Below, one piece after another: positions 48,046-57,373 of a stretch of DNA of 64,000 nt. The stretch comes from a virus. A model generated the notes under the pieces. The model was not told the DNA's origin. It saw only the letters and a program-made list of their open reading frames with translations, and made no database searches. The stretch spans positions 29,637-93,636 of the IMG/VR virus record IMGVR_UViG_3300005805_000056; one strand, written 5' to 3'. Both the position numbers and the translations under genes were made by a program. Every line of letters begins with the position of its first letter. Positions within the stretch are counted from its first letter, which is position 1.

Positions 48046-49790
48046 TTTTCCTTCGCGAAACAGCTATCTATCTCCACATTGAAGGTGATGCCAAAGAGCT
48101 GTCAGCTCTTATTGACGAGACAAAAATAAGGCCACCAAACTATTGGCGTGCAGACTCATACCAGCTTTACAAGATGACTGGTGGTGAGAAAGGCTGGGAC
48201 GGTTACATGCGTCTGATTGAACGTTCAGCCGCTCAAGCTGGTAAAGCTCTTCGTGGACTTCAGGACTCCATACTTGAAGCCTGCAAGAAGCTAAACATCG
48301 AAGTCAACAAGGACAAGCTGATCAAGAGTCCATTTCATGGTTTGGTTGTTGATGACATTCCTGATGATCTTCTTGTTGCAGACTTTGATCTTGATGGCAA
48401 CCAGAAGTCATGCATTGCATCCTGGTTGAATCACGCCCATGGCGTGCATAAAGTCACTGTCAGTGGTGGTAAGACAGCCATGTTTTGTGCTGCGGCTGCC
48501 ATGATCAAGAGAAGGTTTCCTGAGTCAAGATTCCTCTATCTTACACCTACAGAACGACTCATCAACCAAGTTTATCGTGAGTCACGAAAGTTTCTTCCTG
48601 ACTGGGACATCACTCAGTTTGGTGGTGGCAAGAAAAATTGTGAAGGCAAAGACATGGTTGTGGCGACTGCAGCTTGTATGCATGCCAACTACGATGAGTT
48701 GACCTATGAGAAGTGGTTCAGGACTTTCATGACAGTGCTTGTGGATGAGAGTCACCATTCTTCTAGTGAGAGTTGGCAACGCATCCTTCTTTCAACTCCA
48801 GCCTTCTTTAGGCTAGGTGCCTCAGACACCACTCGTGAGGATGATGTGGTGTCTTTTTCAAGGATCCATGGACTTGTGGGTCCTATCAGGAATCGCGTTG
48901 AGGTTGACCCACTGATTCGTGTGGGTCGTGTGGCCAAACCCACCATCTATATCGTTGACAACCTAAATTGGAAAGACAGGTTTGCTCATCTGCCTCATAC
49001 AGCCAGACCTGAAAGTCCAGCTTGGGCGTTAATTGACAACGAGTGGAAGAAAGCCAAGTACATTGGTCCAGTCTTTGAGAAAGCTGAACCAAACAAGAGC
49101 ACTGGCAACTACAGACAGGGTGAGGAGGACGGTTATGCGAGAAACAAGAAAGGTGAGCTGATACCAACTCAAAATATGCATCACATTCAAGTGGATGACG
49201 ATGATATTGAGATTGAATCTCGTTGGTGTTTGCTTGAACGTACCAATGACTTGGGCATCATTCAGTTCAAGGAACGAAACAACTTGATAGCTGAATGGGC
49301 CAAGCATTTCTCTGACCAAGGACACCCAACACTTGTTGTTGCCACGCGGACTTTGCACATCCTTATCTTGCAAGCCTGCATCTCCAAAGTAGTGGATCCA
49401 AGTCTTGTAAAGATCCTTTTCTCAACCCATGATTCAACTGAAAGAGATGAGACTTTTGAATGGCTCAAGAAAACGCCTGGAGCTGTCCTGATCACGCCTC
49501 TTGTCAAGGAGGGTGTGAGTATCAACGAGATCCGTGGTGGCATCGTGGCTGACCATGTGGTTTCTCACGAGCTAATGTCTCAGATCATTGGTCGCTTCAT
49601 TCGCCAGAAGAAGACTGGCAAGAATGAATGTGAGATCGTGATGTTTATCGACAGACAACACCCACGACTGAAAAAGAATGGTCTAGCCCTGTTGGAAAAG
49701 CTAGAGAAGATTCGTGGATATGAGTATGTGTTCCCAGTCTTGGGACCAGACACGAAGAGTAAAGGCACTCGTTATGAGTGCCTATTTTAG
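48021..49790 (+). CDS. SF2 DNA helicase (UvsW-like; likely start ATG 48042)
   Basis: SGGKT, YLTPT, DESH, EGVSI, QIIGRFIR. Confidence 0.88.
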   Translation: MGVSIRSMIFLRETAIYLHIEGDAKELSALIDETKIRPPNYWRADSYQLYKMTGGEKGWDGYMRLIERSAAQAGKALRGLQDSILEACKKLNIEVNKDKLIKSPFHGLVVDDIPDDLLVADFDLDGNQKSCIASWLNHAHGVHKVTVSGGKTAMFCAAAAMIKRRFPESRFLYLTPTERLINQVYRESRKFLPDWDITQFGGGKKNCEGKDMVVATAACMHANYDELTYEKWFRTFMTVLVDESHHSSSESWQRILLSTPAFFRLGASDTTREDDVVSFSRIHGLVGPIRNRVEVDPLIRVGRVAKPTIYIVDNLNWKDRFAHLPHTARPESPAWALIDNEWKKAKYIGPVFEKAEPNKSTGNYRQGEEDGYARNKKGELIPTQNMHHIQVDDDDIEIESRWCLLERTNDLGIIQFKERNNLIAEWAKHFSDQGHPTLVVATRTLHILILQACISKVVDPSLVKILFSTHDSTERDETFEWLKKTPGAVLITPLVKEGVSINEIRGGIVADHVVSHELMSQIIGRFIRQKKTGKNECEIVMFIDRQHPRLKKNGLALLEKLEKIRGYEYVFPVLGPDTKSKGTRYECLF

Positions 49791-50365
49791 AGATCCAGCC
49801 AGTCTAGCCAACCATTCATAGTCCACTCTGTCCTGGCCTCTGGGAATCTCTTCAAGTACAAGTCTTTTAGGCTGGACTTGGCAATCTTCTCTTCAGCCTC
49901 TGGCCAGCGTGCTTTCAAGGCCTTTGTTGCATACGTGTAAGCCTGGGCTGGATTTTCAGCCAAAGCACTGAGTACCCTTGGGTTACTCGTCTTTTTGCCA
50001 TTCAGAGCAGACTTGATTTCTCGGTCCTGCGCTGCTTTCATCATCAGGTCATATCCACCCACACGGTGTTGTGATGATATTTCGCCAGGAGGTTGCTCAT
50101 AGATGTCAGCATGTGTGGCATCCTGTTTGTGAGCCCAACCAGAAACCCATCGGCCTCTGTACTTGTCTCGAGCATATCTGTTTTGTCCAGATTTGTCTCT
50201 GTAGACAATTCTCGCTTTAGTGCCTTGATTCTTTAAGAATCGCATCACTGCTGGCACATCCTCAACAGGGACACGTCCTAACCACGAGGGTGTTCTGTGG
50301 GTTCCCTGGACATTCTTGGGCTTGGCCTCACAGACGAATGATACAATGAAATCAATGGTGCTCAT
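49787..50365 (-). CDS. Hypothetical protein
   Basis: N-terminus IVSFVCE; RWPEAE repeat-like unit. Confidence 0.6.
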   Translation of the reverse strand: MSTIDFIVSFVCEAKPKNVQGTHRTPSWLGRVPVEDVPAVMRFLKNQGTKARIVYRDKSGQNRYARDKYRGRWVSGWAHKQDATHADIYEQPPGEISSQHRVGGYDLMMKAAQDREIKSALNGKKTSNPRVLSALAENPAQAYTYATKALKARWPEAEEKIAKSSLKDLYLKRFPEARTEWTMNGWLDWLDL

Positions 50366-50694
50366 ACACCCAAAATCTTTGAGATGTCTCGCGTGGCTTT
50401 AGTTCCAATCTTGGATAGCTCTTTCTTGTCATCGTCTGTGTCCATGGGACGATTGCGATTGTTCATCGCTGAGGGAGGAGCATAATCACCTTTTTCTAGG
50501 CGACCTAGAATGCGATTGGCAATACGTGACAGATAGTTCTCAAAGTCTTGTGTCGCACGACCCACTTGAATCTGCCAAGATTGTGGACCCATGGCATTCT
50601 GCAAACCATTATCAGGCCGTAGCGTCTCTGCTTTGGCCTTGAATGATTGCACCACAGGTGCGAGTTGTTTCTTTGAGATAGGCATGTTAGCCAA
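50362..50694 (-). CDS. Hypothetical protein
   Basis: Coupled ORF ending ISKILGV. Confidence 0.55.
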   Translation of the reverse strand: MANMPISKKQLAPVVQSFKAKAETLRPDNGLQNAMGPQSWQIQVGRATQDFENYLSRIANRILGRLEKGDYAPPSAMNNRNRPMDTDDDKKELSKIGTKATRDISKILGV

Positions 50695-51634
50695 TGATGC
50701 GATTCACCACACCTGTCTTCTTAGACTCCTTGATATTTCTGGAGTCACGCAGACGCATGATGACATCATCCACTGGGTCACCGATGGCAAAAGCTCCGGC
50801 AATCAGTTCACGCAAGTGACCAAAGGAAAGTCCCTCAGTCTTCTTGGCCATGTCTTGAATCTGTGAGTCTTCAGCAAGGCCTTTGAGCTTATGGCTGAGG
50901 TACTTCAGACGGTGTTCAAACTTGGGCGGACCCACATAGATCCGTTTGTCAAAACGACCAGGACGTTGTAGTCTTGGCGATAGACGATCGATGTAGTTTG
51001 TCGTGGCAAGGTAGCAAACTCTGTCAACCTTAAGGTCACCATCCATCAGACGAAGGAGTGTGCGCTCGTCATAGGAGGCCAGCTCATCTGCCTCCTCAAA
51101 CGTAACCACAATACGACGTTCAGGTTCAATCTGCCGGACAGCACCCAGAGCGCTGGAAATCTGATCTGGAGAGTTAGCCATCAGCACGATATCTCCATTC
51201 TTAGCCATGGCCTCACCAACTTGCTGAAGAGCCAAACTCTTGCCAGATCCAGGAGGACCATAGAGAATGATGCCACGTGACTGCATCAAGCCCAGCTTCT
51301 TGTAGTGCTCCTTACGCTCCCAGAATGTGGCAATCTCATTGACAGCTTTGTGCATGGGTGAATCCTCAAACACCATCATCTCGTCAGTGTTTGGCTGGAT
51401 CTGTTCCAGGAACATGCCACTCATGTCATGGCCAATCTTGTAGGCACCTGGAGTCAGGCTATCAGTAAGTGTCACATCACCCACTGGACGAAACTGTGGG
51501 CCAGATACCGTATACTTGAAAAAGCTCTTAGGAACTTCCTTCACACTCTTGGGCATGGCTTGGCGAGGTTGGTCATCAATGTCATAGGATCCCTCTGACT
51601 CGCCTAGAATTCTCAGCGATGTAGTCTTTCGCAT
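50687..51634 (-). CDS. AAA+ ATPase (classical clade, single domain)
   Basis: RGIILYGPPGSGKS, FEEAD, ATTN..DRL..RL.RPGRFD; TAGTTA at 51639-44. Confidence 0.9.
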   Translation of the reverse strand: MRKTTSLRILGESEGSYDIDDQPRQAMPKSVKEVPKSFFKYTVSGPQFRPVGDVTLTDSLTPGAYKIGHDMSGMFLEQIQPNTDEMMVFEDSPMHKAVNEIATFWERKEHYKKLGLMQSRGIILYGPPGSGKSLALQQVGEAMAKNGDIVLMANSPDQISSALGAVRQIEPERRIVVTFEEADELASYDERTLLRLMDGDLKVDRVCYLATTNYIDRLSPRLQRPGRFDKRIYVGPPKFEHRLKYLSHKLKGLAEDSQIQDMAKKTEGLSFGHLRELIAGAFAIGDPVDDVIMRLRDSRNIKESKKTGVVNRIIG

Positions 51635-51660
51635 GGCCTAACTACTCGCGTAAGTATCTT

Positions 51661-52383
51661 GTGCTGACGACTGAGCAGATTCAATACGCCGTCGATAAAA
51701 AGACGTACCAGTTTCAATTTTGGAAGCTAGTGTGGACAAGCCCGCAGACACATGTTTTTCAAAGTGATGACAACTATGGTCTGCAGCATGTTATCATTAC
51801 GCTCTCAAACAACAAATTTGCCAGGGTTCAAATTGATCTGGGCTACACCACATCATCTTGGTATGATTGTACGTTGGAAGATGTCCAAAATATGGCCTCA
51901 GTTTTCTACCAAAAATGGGGTCCAGATCCTGGTTCAGTCTGGCAAGGCACGGCCTCTCTTAACGGAAACTATGGTCCTATTGGAACCCACGTTGAGATTA
52001 TTGGCACAAAGTTGCTGGGAACCACAATAATGTTTGGTCAAATTGAGGTCACACCAGAGACTATAACTGATAATTTTGTAGCATTTGAAGTGCCTCCAGT
52101 GGCAGATGGAAATTATGTCATAACAATTGATGGCACAGACATTGGCACATTTGGTGTTAGAGAGCCCAACGATACACCACTTATCACCTATGTTGTCCAG
52201 TCAGAGTCACTCTATGTGACTATTGTGGGTGATGGCTTTCACTCCAATGAGACGACAATAGTAATGTTTGGTGTAACATACAATGCTAATGTCATAAAAC
52301 CCACTGAGTGTAACTTCCTTGCAAATGTAGTCATGGGTCCTTTTGTGTTGACTACCCCTCATGGGTCAGTCTCCTATCCCTAA
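51661..52383 (+). CDS. IPT/TIG (Ig-like) domain protein
   Basis: GPIGTHVEIIG, FEVP, VTIVGDGF, LTTPHG repeats. Confidence 0.6.
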   Translation: MLTTEQIQYAVDKKTYQFQFWKLVWTSPQTHVFQSDDNYGLQHVIITLSNNKFARVQIDLGYTTSSWYDCTLEDVQNMASVFYQKWGPDPGSVWQGTASLNGNYGPIGTHVEIIGTKLLGTTIMFGQIEVTPETITDNFVAFEVPPVADGNYVITIDGTDIGTFGVREPNDTPLITYVVQSESLYVTIVGDGFHSNETTIVMFGVTYNANVIKPTECNFLANVVMGPFVLTTPHGSVSYP

Positions 52384-52400
52384 CCAGTAGTTACCTTGCT

Positions 52401-52868
52401 ATGCCAGCCAAAGGCAAAAAATTCTCAAAGAGCTACACAGACTCTAAGACAGGCAGAAAGCGTACTGTTTCATATGGAGCCAAAGGCTACAAAATCAAGC
52501 CTGGAACTTCAGCTGGTGATTCATACTGTGCTCGATCCTATGGAATATCCAAGAAAGCTGGGTATGATTGTGCGGGCAAAGATAGAAATAAGCCCAACTG
52601 TCTGAGTCGAAAGAAGTGGCATTGCCGTGGCAAAAAGAGTGTCAAAGAGCACATTGATGATGTCATCAATGACATGCTTGCTGTCTCTTTCCAGACTGAA
52701 CCCAAGTCTAACAAGGTAAATTTAGGAGAACCCCATGAACTGGCTCCAGAAGATAATCGCAGCGCTCAAATTGGTCGTTCAATTATACAGCTTGCCCAAG
52801 AACTTGTTGATCTTCACTCTCAAGAGGGTGAAGACCTGGATCTTGAGTTTGAAGAAGTAACTGTCTGA
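52401..52868 (+). CDS. Phage protein with basic Cys-rich N-domain and acidic tail
   Basis: VSYG..GY, YCARS.G, CLSRKKWHC; TAGTTA at 52388-93. Confidence 0.6.
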   Translation: MPAKGKKFSKSYTDSKTGRKRTVSYGAKGYKIKPGTSAGDSYCARSYGISKKAGYDCAGKDRNKPNCLSRKKWHCRGKKSVKEHIDDVINDMLAVSFQTEPKSNKVNLGEPHELAPEDNRSAQIGRSIIQLAQELVDLHSQEGEDLDLEFEEVTV

Positions 52869-52871
52869 TTT

Positions 52872-53330
52872 ATGCCATTTGAGTACCATGCCAGAGTCAG
52901 GCAAGTCGTTGATGGTGACACCATTATTGTCGATATCGACTTGGGCTTTGATGTGGTCCTAGCTAACCAAAAGGTTAGATTCAATGGCATTGACACGCCT
53001 GAGAGTCGTACTGCTGACAAGGTTGAAAAGGTATTTGGTCTTCACAGCAAGGATTTTGTCAAAGGATTTGTTGATAAATGCCAAAACCAGGTGATAGTTC
53101 GCACCTATCTGAGTGATTCCACTGAGAAATTTGGCCGAATCCTGGGTGACATACTAAATCCCAACGACACTAGTAAGTCTCTTAATGAGATCATGATTGA
53201 GAGTGGACTTGCGGTAAAATACTTGGGTGAGAACAAGGCCCTGGTATCAGAAGCTCATCTCAAAAACAGAAAACGCCTGATTGACTCAGGCGCTGTAAAG
53301 ATGACATACAAAGAAGCTGGAGTTTCCTAG
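52872..53330 (+). CDS. Thermonuclease (SNase-like) nuclease
   Basis: VVDGDT, VRFNGIDTPE, EKFGRILG, LNE.MI..GLA. Confidence 0.9.
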   Translation: MPFEYHARVRQVVDGDTIIVDIDLGFDVVLANQKVRFNGIDTPESRTADKVEKVFGLHSKDFVKGFVDKCQNQVIVRTYLSDSTEKFGRILGDILNPNDTSKSLNEIMIESGLAVKYLGENKALVSEAHLKNRKRLIDSGAVKMTYKEAGVS

Positions 53331-53986
53331 TCTTTGAAGCCTCTGGCTTTTCTCTCTTTGTAGATTAAGTTGTCTCTTCTTCCTGCCTCTGAGTTGATTC
53401 TCGTCAACTCATCTGTCTGGTATTTGAACCATTCATGCTTGATTGGTTGCTTGTTCACATGAGCTAGCTTGCCCATGCTGCTCATTATCTCTGTCTGCTC
53501 ACAGTCACAACATTCTGATTCGTAGACTGGATTATAGATCCAACCAAAGTACCTGTAGCATTCATTAGTCATCACTGGCAGTGTGATAAGATCACGCCAG
53601 TGATCTCCTAAACGTGGATCATCATTGTAATTGATCATCCACGCCCATGGGTTTTCTTTGATGTCTTCTCTGATCTGAGCATCCCAACCCTGATGAGGAA
53701 TCATATCATCAGCCACTGCCACAAGAATGTCCCACCCATCCGGTGAGATACCATGATTTATGGCTGCAATTTTCCCCTTGGGTGGTGTCACTGTCAGCCC
53801 AATTCTTTTTGGACTGCTTCTAGACCCGTAGTCTCTTGATAGATCCTTCGGCCAGGGATCATCCTCATCGACTGTTACTAGAAAATCAACCTTGTCAAGA
53901 TCCTCACAAGTAAAGATGTAGTTTTGGAAGTTTTCCTTAAACTGATTCCACCTGTGCTTTGTGGGATATTTGACTAGTATTCTCAT
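53327..53986 (-). CDS. GT-A fold glycosyltransferase
   Basis: YPTK.R, VTVDEDD, GKIAAIN, VADDMIP, WD, IYNP.Y.S..CD. Confidence 0.75.
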   Translation of the reverse strand: MRILVKYPTKHRWNQFKENFQNYIFTCEDLDKVDFLVTVDEDDPWPKDLSRDYGSRSSPKRIGLTVTPPKGKIAAINHGISPDGWDILVAVADDMIPHQGWDAQIREDIKENPWAWMINYNDDPRLGDHWRDLITLPVMTNECYRYFGWIYNPVYESECCDCEQTEIMSSMGKLAHVNKQPIKHEWFKYQTDELTRINSEAGRRDNLIYKERKARGFKD

Positions 53987-54972
53987 ACTGCCACTTCAGC
54001 CTTAATTGTTGGGTGGCTGCTGTAACCAACCAGCTGAATGTCATCAAAATTGAAACTGAAAAGGTCTGTCTTTGCAAGATTCAACGTGACATACGGAGAT
54101 GTGAATGGAGCCCGTGTCAACTGTAGCTTGGCCTGGTCTATGTGGTTTTGGTATAGATGGAGGTCACCATAGGTGTGGATAAACTCACCAGGCACCATTT
54201 CCACACAGTGTGCCATCATCTGAAGGAGCAGAGCGTAGCTGGCGATATTGAATGGCACACCCAGGAAGAGATCACAGCTGCGCTGGTACAGCAAGCAGTT
54301 GAGCTTGCGTCGACCATCTGAGAGCACCTCTGTGTTGAAGTGAAACAGCACATGGCAGGGTGGCAAGGCACAATGATCCACCCAGTAGGGATGCCAAGCA
54401 CTCACAATCATGCGCCTGTCATCCGGGTTGGTCTTAAGCTTGCCAACTACTTTCTTCAGCTGGTCAACAGTGTCAAGAGCATCAAATCCATTAGCTGATG
54501 CAATGGTCTCATAGTCATTGTAGAAGGGGAAAGCCCTCCACATGCTGCCATATGTGCCCATTCCCAAGTCACCCCAACGATTCGCAAAGACTGAGGAATT
54601 TTTGATTTCCTTAATAAAGTTAGACTGAGAAAGTTTTTGCACTGGCACCTTTATCAGGGTGCCAGCTCTTCCCTCAATATCAAACTCAGGAGTGCTTAAG
54701 TAACGCTGGTAGGCCCAATCGTCCCAGATGTGGACGTCATTATCCACCAGGTACTTGATGTTGGTGCTGCCACTGATGAACCAGAGCAGCTCGTGAACAA
54801 TGCCCTTGAAGAAGACCTTCTTGGTAGTCAACAGGGGAAAGCCCTGAGACAAGTCAAATCTGGCTTGGGCTCCAAAGACACCAATGGTGTCCACGCCTGT
54901 CCGATTTTTCTTGGGCTTTCCCTCCTGTAGGACCTTCCTAAGGAGACCCAAGTAGGTCTCGTCATGTATCAT
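53983..54972 (-). CDS. thyA: Thymidylate synthase
   Basis: RTG, FPLLTTKK, ELLWF, DRRMIVSAW, LPPCH, QRSCDLFLGVPFNIASY, GDLHLY. Confidence 0.97.
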   Translation of the reverse strand: MIHDETYLGLLRKVLQEGKPKKNRTGVDTIGVFGAQARFDLSQGFPLLTTKKVFFKGIVHELLWFISGSTNIKYLVDNDVHIWDDWAYQRYLSTPEFDIEGRAGTLIKVPVQKLSQSNFIKEIKNSSVFANRWGDLGMGTYGSMWRAFPFYNDYETIASANGFDALDTVDQLKKVVGKLKTNPDDRRMIVSAWHPYWVDHCALPPCHVLFHFNTEVLSDGRRKLNCLLYQRSCDLFLGVPFNIASYALLLQMMAHCVEMVPGEFIHTYGDLHLYQNHIDQAKLQLTRAPFTSPYVTLNLAKTDLFSFNFDDIQLVGYSSHPTIKAEVAV

Positions 54973-55172
54973 TGGTTAACAACAAGGATGTAGGAATTCT
55001 TCAGTACATCACCCCACAGGAGCAGTGATCCACTTTTCCCCTCACTGATGACATCAAGATTCACAGCAGTGGCCTGGGCCATGAAGTCACGAATCTTTGC
55101 TACGTCTGTGTCAGGATCTGTCTTGATTTCGAAGGCCTTACCGTTTGGCAGATAGATGACATGCTTTGGCAT
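54969..55172 (-). CDS. Small hypothetical protein
   Basis: GTTCT at 55182-86, 9 nt upstream; coupled to thyA. Confidence 0.55.
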   Translation of the reverse strand: MPKHVIYLPNGKAFEIKTDPDTDVAKIRDFMAQATAVNLDVISEGKSGSLLLWGDVLKNSYILVVNQ

Positions 55173-55196
55173 AGGTTACCTAGAACCTATGTGGGG

Positions 55197-55943
55197 TCAC
55201 AGCCCAAGAATTTTGTCGATTGACTGGGAAACTTTGCTGTCCAACAGGTTAGCTCCAGTCATCAGTCTCACAAACTTGTCCTCGTAGCTGGTTCCCTCAA
55301 CGTAGGGCCAGAACTGGTCGATGGCCTTACCTTTCTCCACACATTTGTCATAGGCAACCTTGGCCATGACCTCCCTCATGGGAACCTCAATGCCATACTG
55401 CTCAGTGAAGAGTCTCATGAGTGTCTCAACATCAAGATCGTCCATGGGGTCGATCTCCATCTCATGGGCCATCCAGTGGTCAAAGCTGTCCGGATCATAG
55501 GCCTCTCCCCAGCGGTCATTACGGTATCTGGCCTTGAGCTCTTGGGTTGTGGATGCATACTCACCAGGCCCGGTCACTCTCACATAGACACTGGCAGGTG
55601 AATCACCCGCAGGACCATAATTCATACCAGAACCCACGACTGGGTACATGGACATGTCCTCTCTGGTGTCACCCGTTACTTTAGGCATGATTTTTCCCGT
55701 GATCATGCCATCTGGCAGCAAACCACCAATGTTCACATACTGATTGAAGACTGTGAATGAGGGACCCATGGACCACAAAAATTCAGCTATGAGCGGTGGT
55801 TTAGGGTTGACTTTGACAGAGAAATTGTCAAAGGCAGCCATGACTGACACAGGGTTGCCAGAGCCAGCCATCATGCCAACCTCGACGCCATATCTTCCAC
55901 CCAATTCACGGGATCTTACTGCCCAATCGGATCGTGTGCTCAT
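55197..55943 (-). CDS. Hypothetical protein
   Basis: ATGA-coupled operon member; ends IDKILGL. Confidence 0.65.
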   Translation of the reverse strand: MSTRSDWAVRSRELGGRYGVEVGMMAGSGNPVSVMAAFDNFSVKVNPKPPLIAEFLWSMGPSFTVFNQYVNIGGLLPDGMITGKIMPKVTGDTREDMSMYPVVGSGMNYGPAGDSPASVYVRVTGPGEYASTTQELKARYRNDRWGEAYDPDSFDHWMAHEMEIDPMDDLDVETLMRLFTEQYGIEVPMREVMAKVAYDKCVEKGKAIDQFWPYVEGTSYEDKFVRLMTGANLLDSKVSQSIDKILGL

Positions 55944-56407
55944 TTGTAGCTCCTCATGACTAGGTTAACTAACTCTGGTTCGTTGGGCAGCACGCCTTTG
56001 TCAATCATCTCCTTGACACACCAATCCGCCATCTCTACCATCACATCCTCTGGAAGGGCATGGTTTTCAAATTGAGTGTAGCCTTCCTCCTCTAACTTCT
56101 GAGTGGCCACAACGATAAATTCATCAATCAGGTCCTGTGAGAAATCCTTGTAGCTTGGAAACAAGTATGCATTTGGCAGGTTTGATGCCAGACGGTCAAT
56201 GTATGCGGATGCGCCCACTGGGTATCTCACTTCTTTCCGCTCAAAGTAAGAAGTGATATCTTCTTTGCTCTTAATATGGCGATCACGCATCGCACGATAG
56301 AGAGCCTTCTCAAAAAGCTCATCCTTTCTCAGCTTCTTAAACCCCAGCAGGGGGTCCTCCTTGAAGGGATCCCAGCCATGGATAAGATCCTCTGGCGTGA
56401 TGTTCAT
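55940..56407 (-). CDS. Acidic hypothetical protein
   Basis: ATGA-coupled operon member. Confidence 0.65.
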   Translation of the reverse strand: MNITPEDLIHGWDPFKEDPLLGFKKLRKDELFEKALYRAMRDRHIKSKEDITSYFERKEVRYPVGASAYIDRLASNLPNAYLFPSYKDFSQDLIDEFIVVATQKLEEEGYTQFENHALPEDVMVEMADWCVKEMIDKGVLPNEPELVNLVMRSYK

Positions 56408-56964
56408 CTGTACAGCACCTCCATGGCGTCCAGGTCATCCAGGCGATGATAGGAGATCCACCCATTGACATAACCTTCAAGGTGCCTTCTGATTTGACCC
56501 CAAAGATCCTTGCCACCACTGTCTGCCTTCCAACCCATCTCATTCAAGTTGAAACCGTGTGATTGAAGCTCGTCCCTTACTCGTCTGTAGATGGACGACT
56601 TGATAAGAGCCTTGGAACCAGTGCTGCGTTCCTCGATGGGGTAGTAGATGGCCAGAGCTGGGTACATGGCCTCGTCATAGTTGGACCTCTCGTCAAGGTC
56701 ATCAGTCCACTGCTCCTCATCTTTCCAGTTAGCCTTGAACTTCTCCAAGTTGTCCAGGCCAACTATCTCCTTGAGCATGGCATCCAGGTCCAAGCCAAGA
56801 AAAATCCTCCAAGCTTTGGCATACTTCTCCTTGGTGCTCATCATAACAGTTCCACGAAGGATGTCCTCAATGGAGTCACCAGATTCAGAGTCAAGAATGG
56901 CGTCTACAAAGTTTTTCATGTTATTCGCGGTAACCAGTGCTGGAGATAAAGTCATGCATGTCAT
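56404..56964 (-). CDS. Acidic hypothetical protein (likely start at MKNFVDAIL)
   Basis: FVDAILDSE shared with the neighbour's FVDAILGE. Confidence 0.65.
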   Translation of the reverse strand: MTCMTLSPALVTANNMKNFVDAILDSESGDSIEDILRGTVMMSTKEKYAKAWRIFLGLDLDAMLKEIVGLDNLEKFKANWKDEEQWTDDLDERSNYDEAMYPALAIYYPIEERSTGSKALIKSSIYRRVRDELQSHGFNLNEMGWKADSGGKDLWGQIRRHLEGYVNGWISYHRLDDLDAMEVLYR

Positions 56965-57373
56965 CCATGATGATCTCTGACATTCTCAAGAAGGCTCTGG
57001 AGTCCAGGTCATTCATAGTTGGCAGGCCAGCAGCCTCAATCAGCTTGTGAGTGAGGTCATAGGTCTTGATGAAAAAGCGATCCTTTCCAGCCTTAGCCAT
57101 GCTCTTAAGATCGCTGGGAAGCTTGGATCTGACTATGCGCTCATGCTCCTCAGCCACATCATCCTGGGCCTCCTTCCACAGTCTGGGCATCTGAGTCTTG
57201 ATATAGCTCCAGATAGTTTTCATCTTTTGCAGAGTCACATCTGGATCCTCAGAGAAAGGATCACCCATGAGGGACAGCTGAACAGAGAGTGGTCCTGGAA
57301 GCTCAACCTTGTTTTCACCCAATATGGCATCAACAAAAACTGAGTTGCTCCACATTTTGATTTCTGTTTTCAT
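56921..57373 (-). CDS. Hypothetical protein
   Basis: N-terminal FVDAILGE. Confidence 0.65.
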   Translation of the reverse strand: MKTEIKMWSNSVFVDAILGENKVELPGPLSVQLSLMGDPFSEDPDVTLQKMKTIWSYIKTQMPRLWKEAQDDVAEEHERIVRSKLPSDLKSMAKAGKDRFFIKTYDLTHKLIEAAGLPTMNDLDSRAFLRMSEIIMDDMHDFISSTGYRE

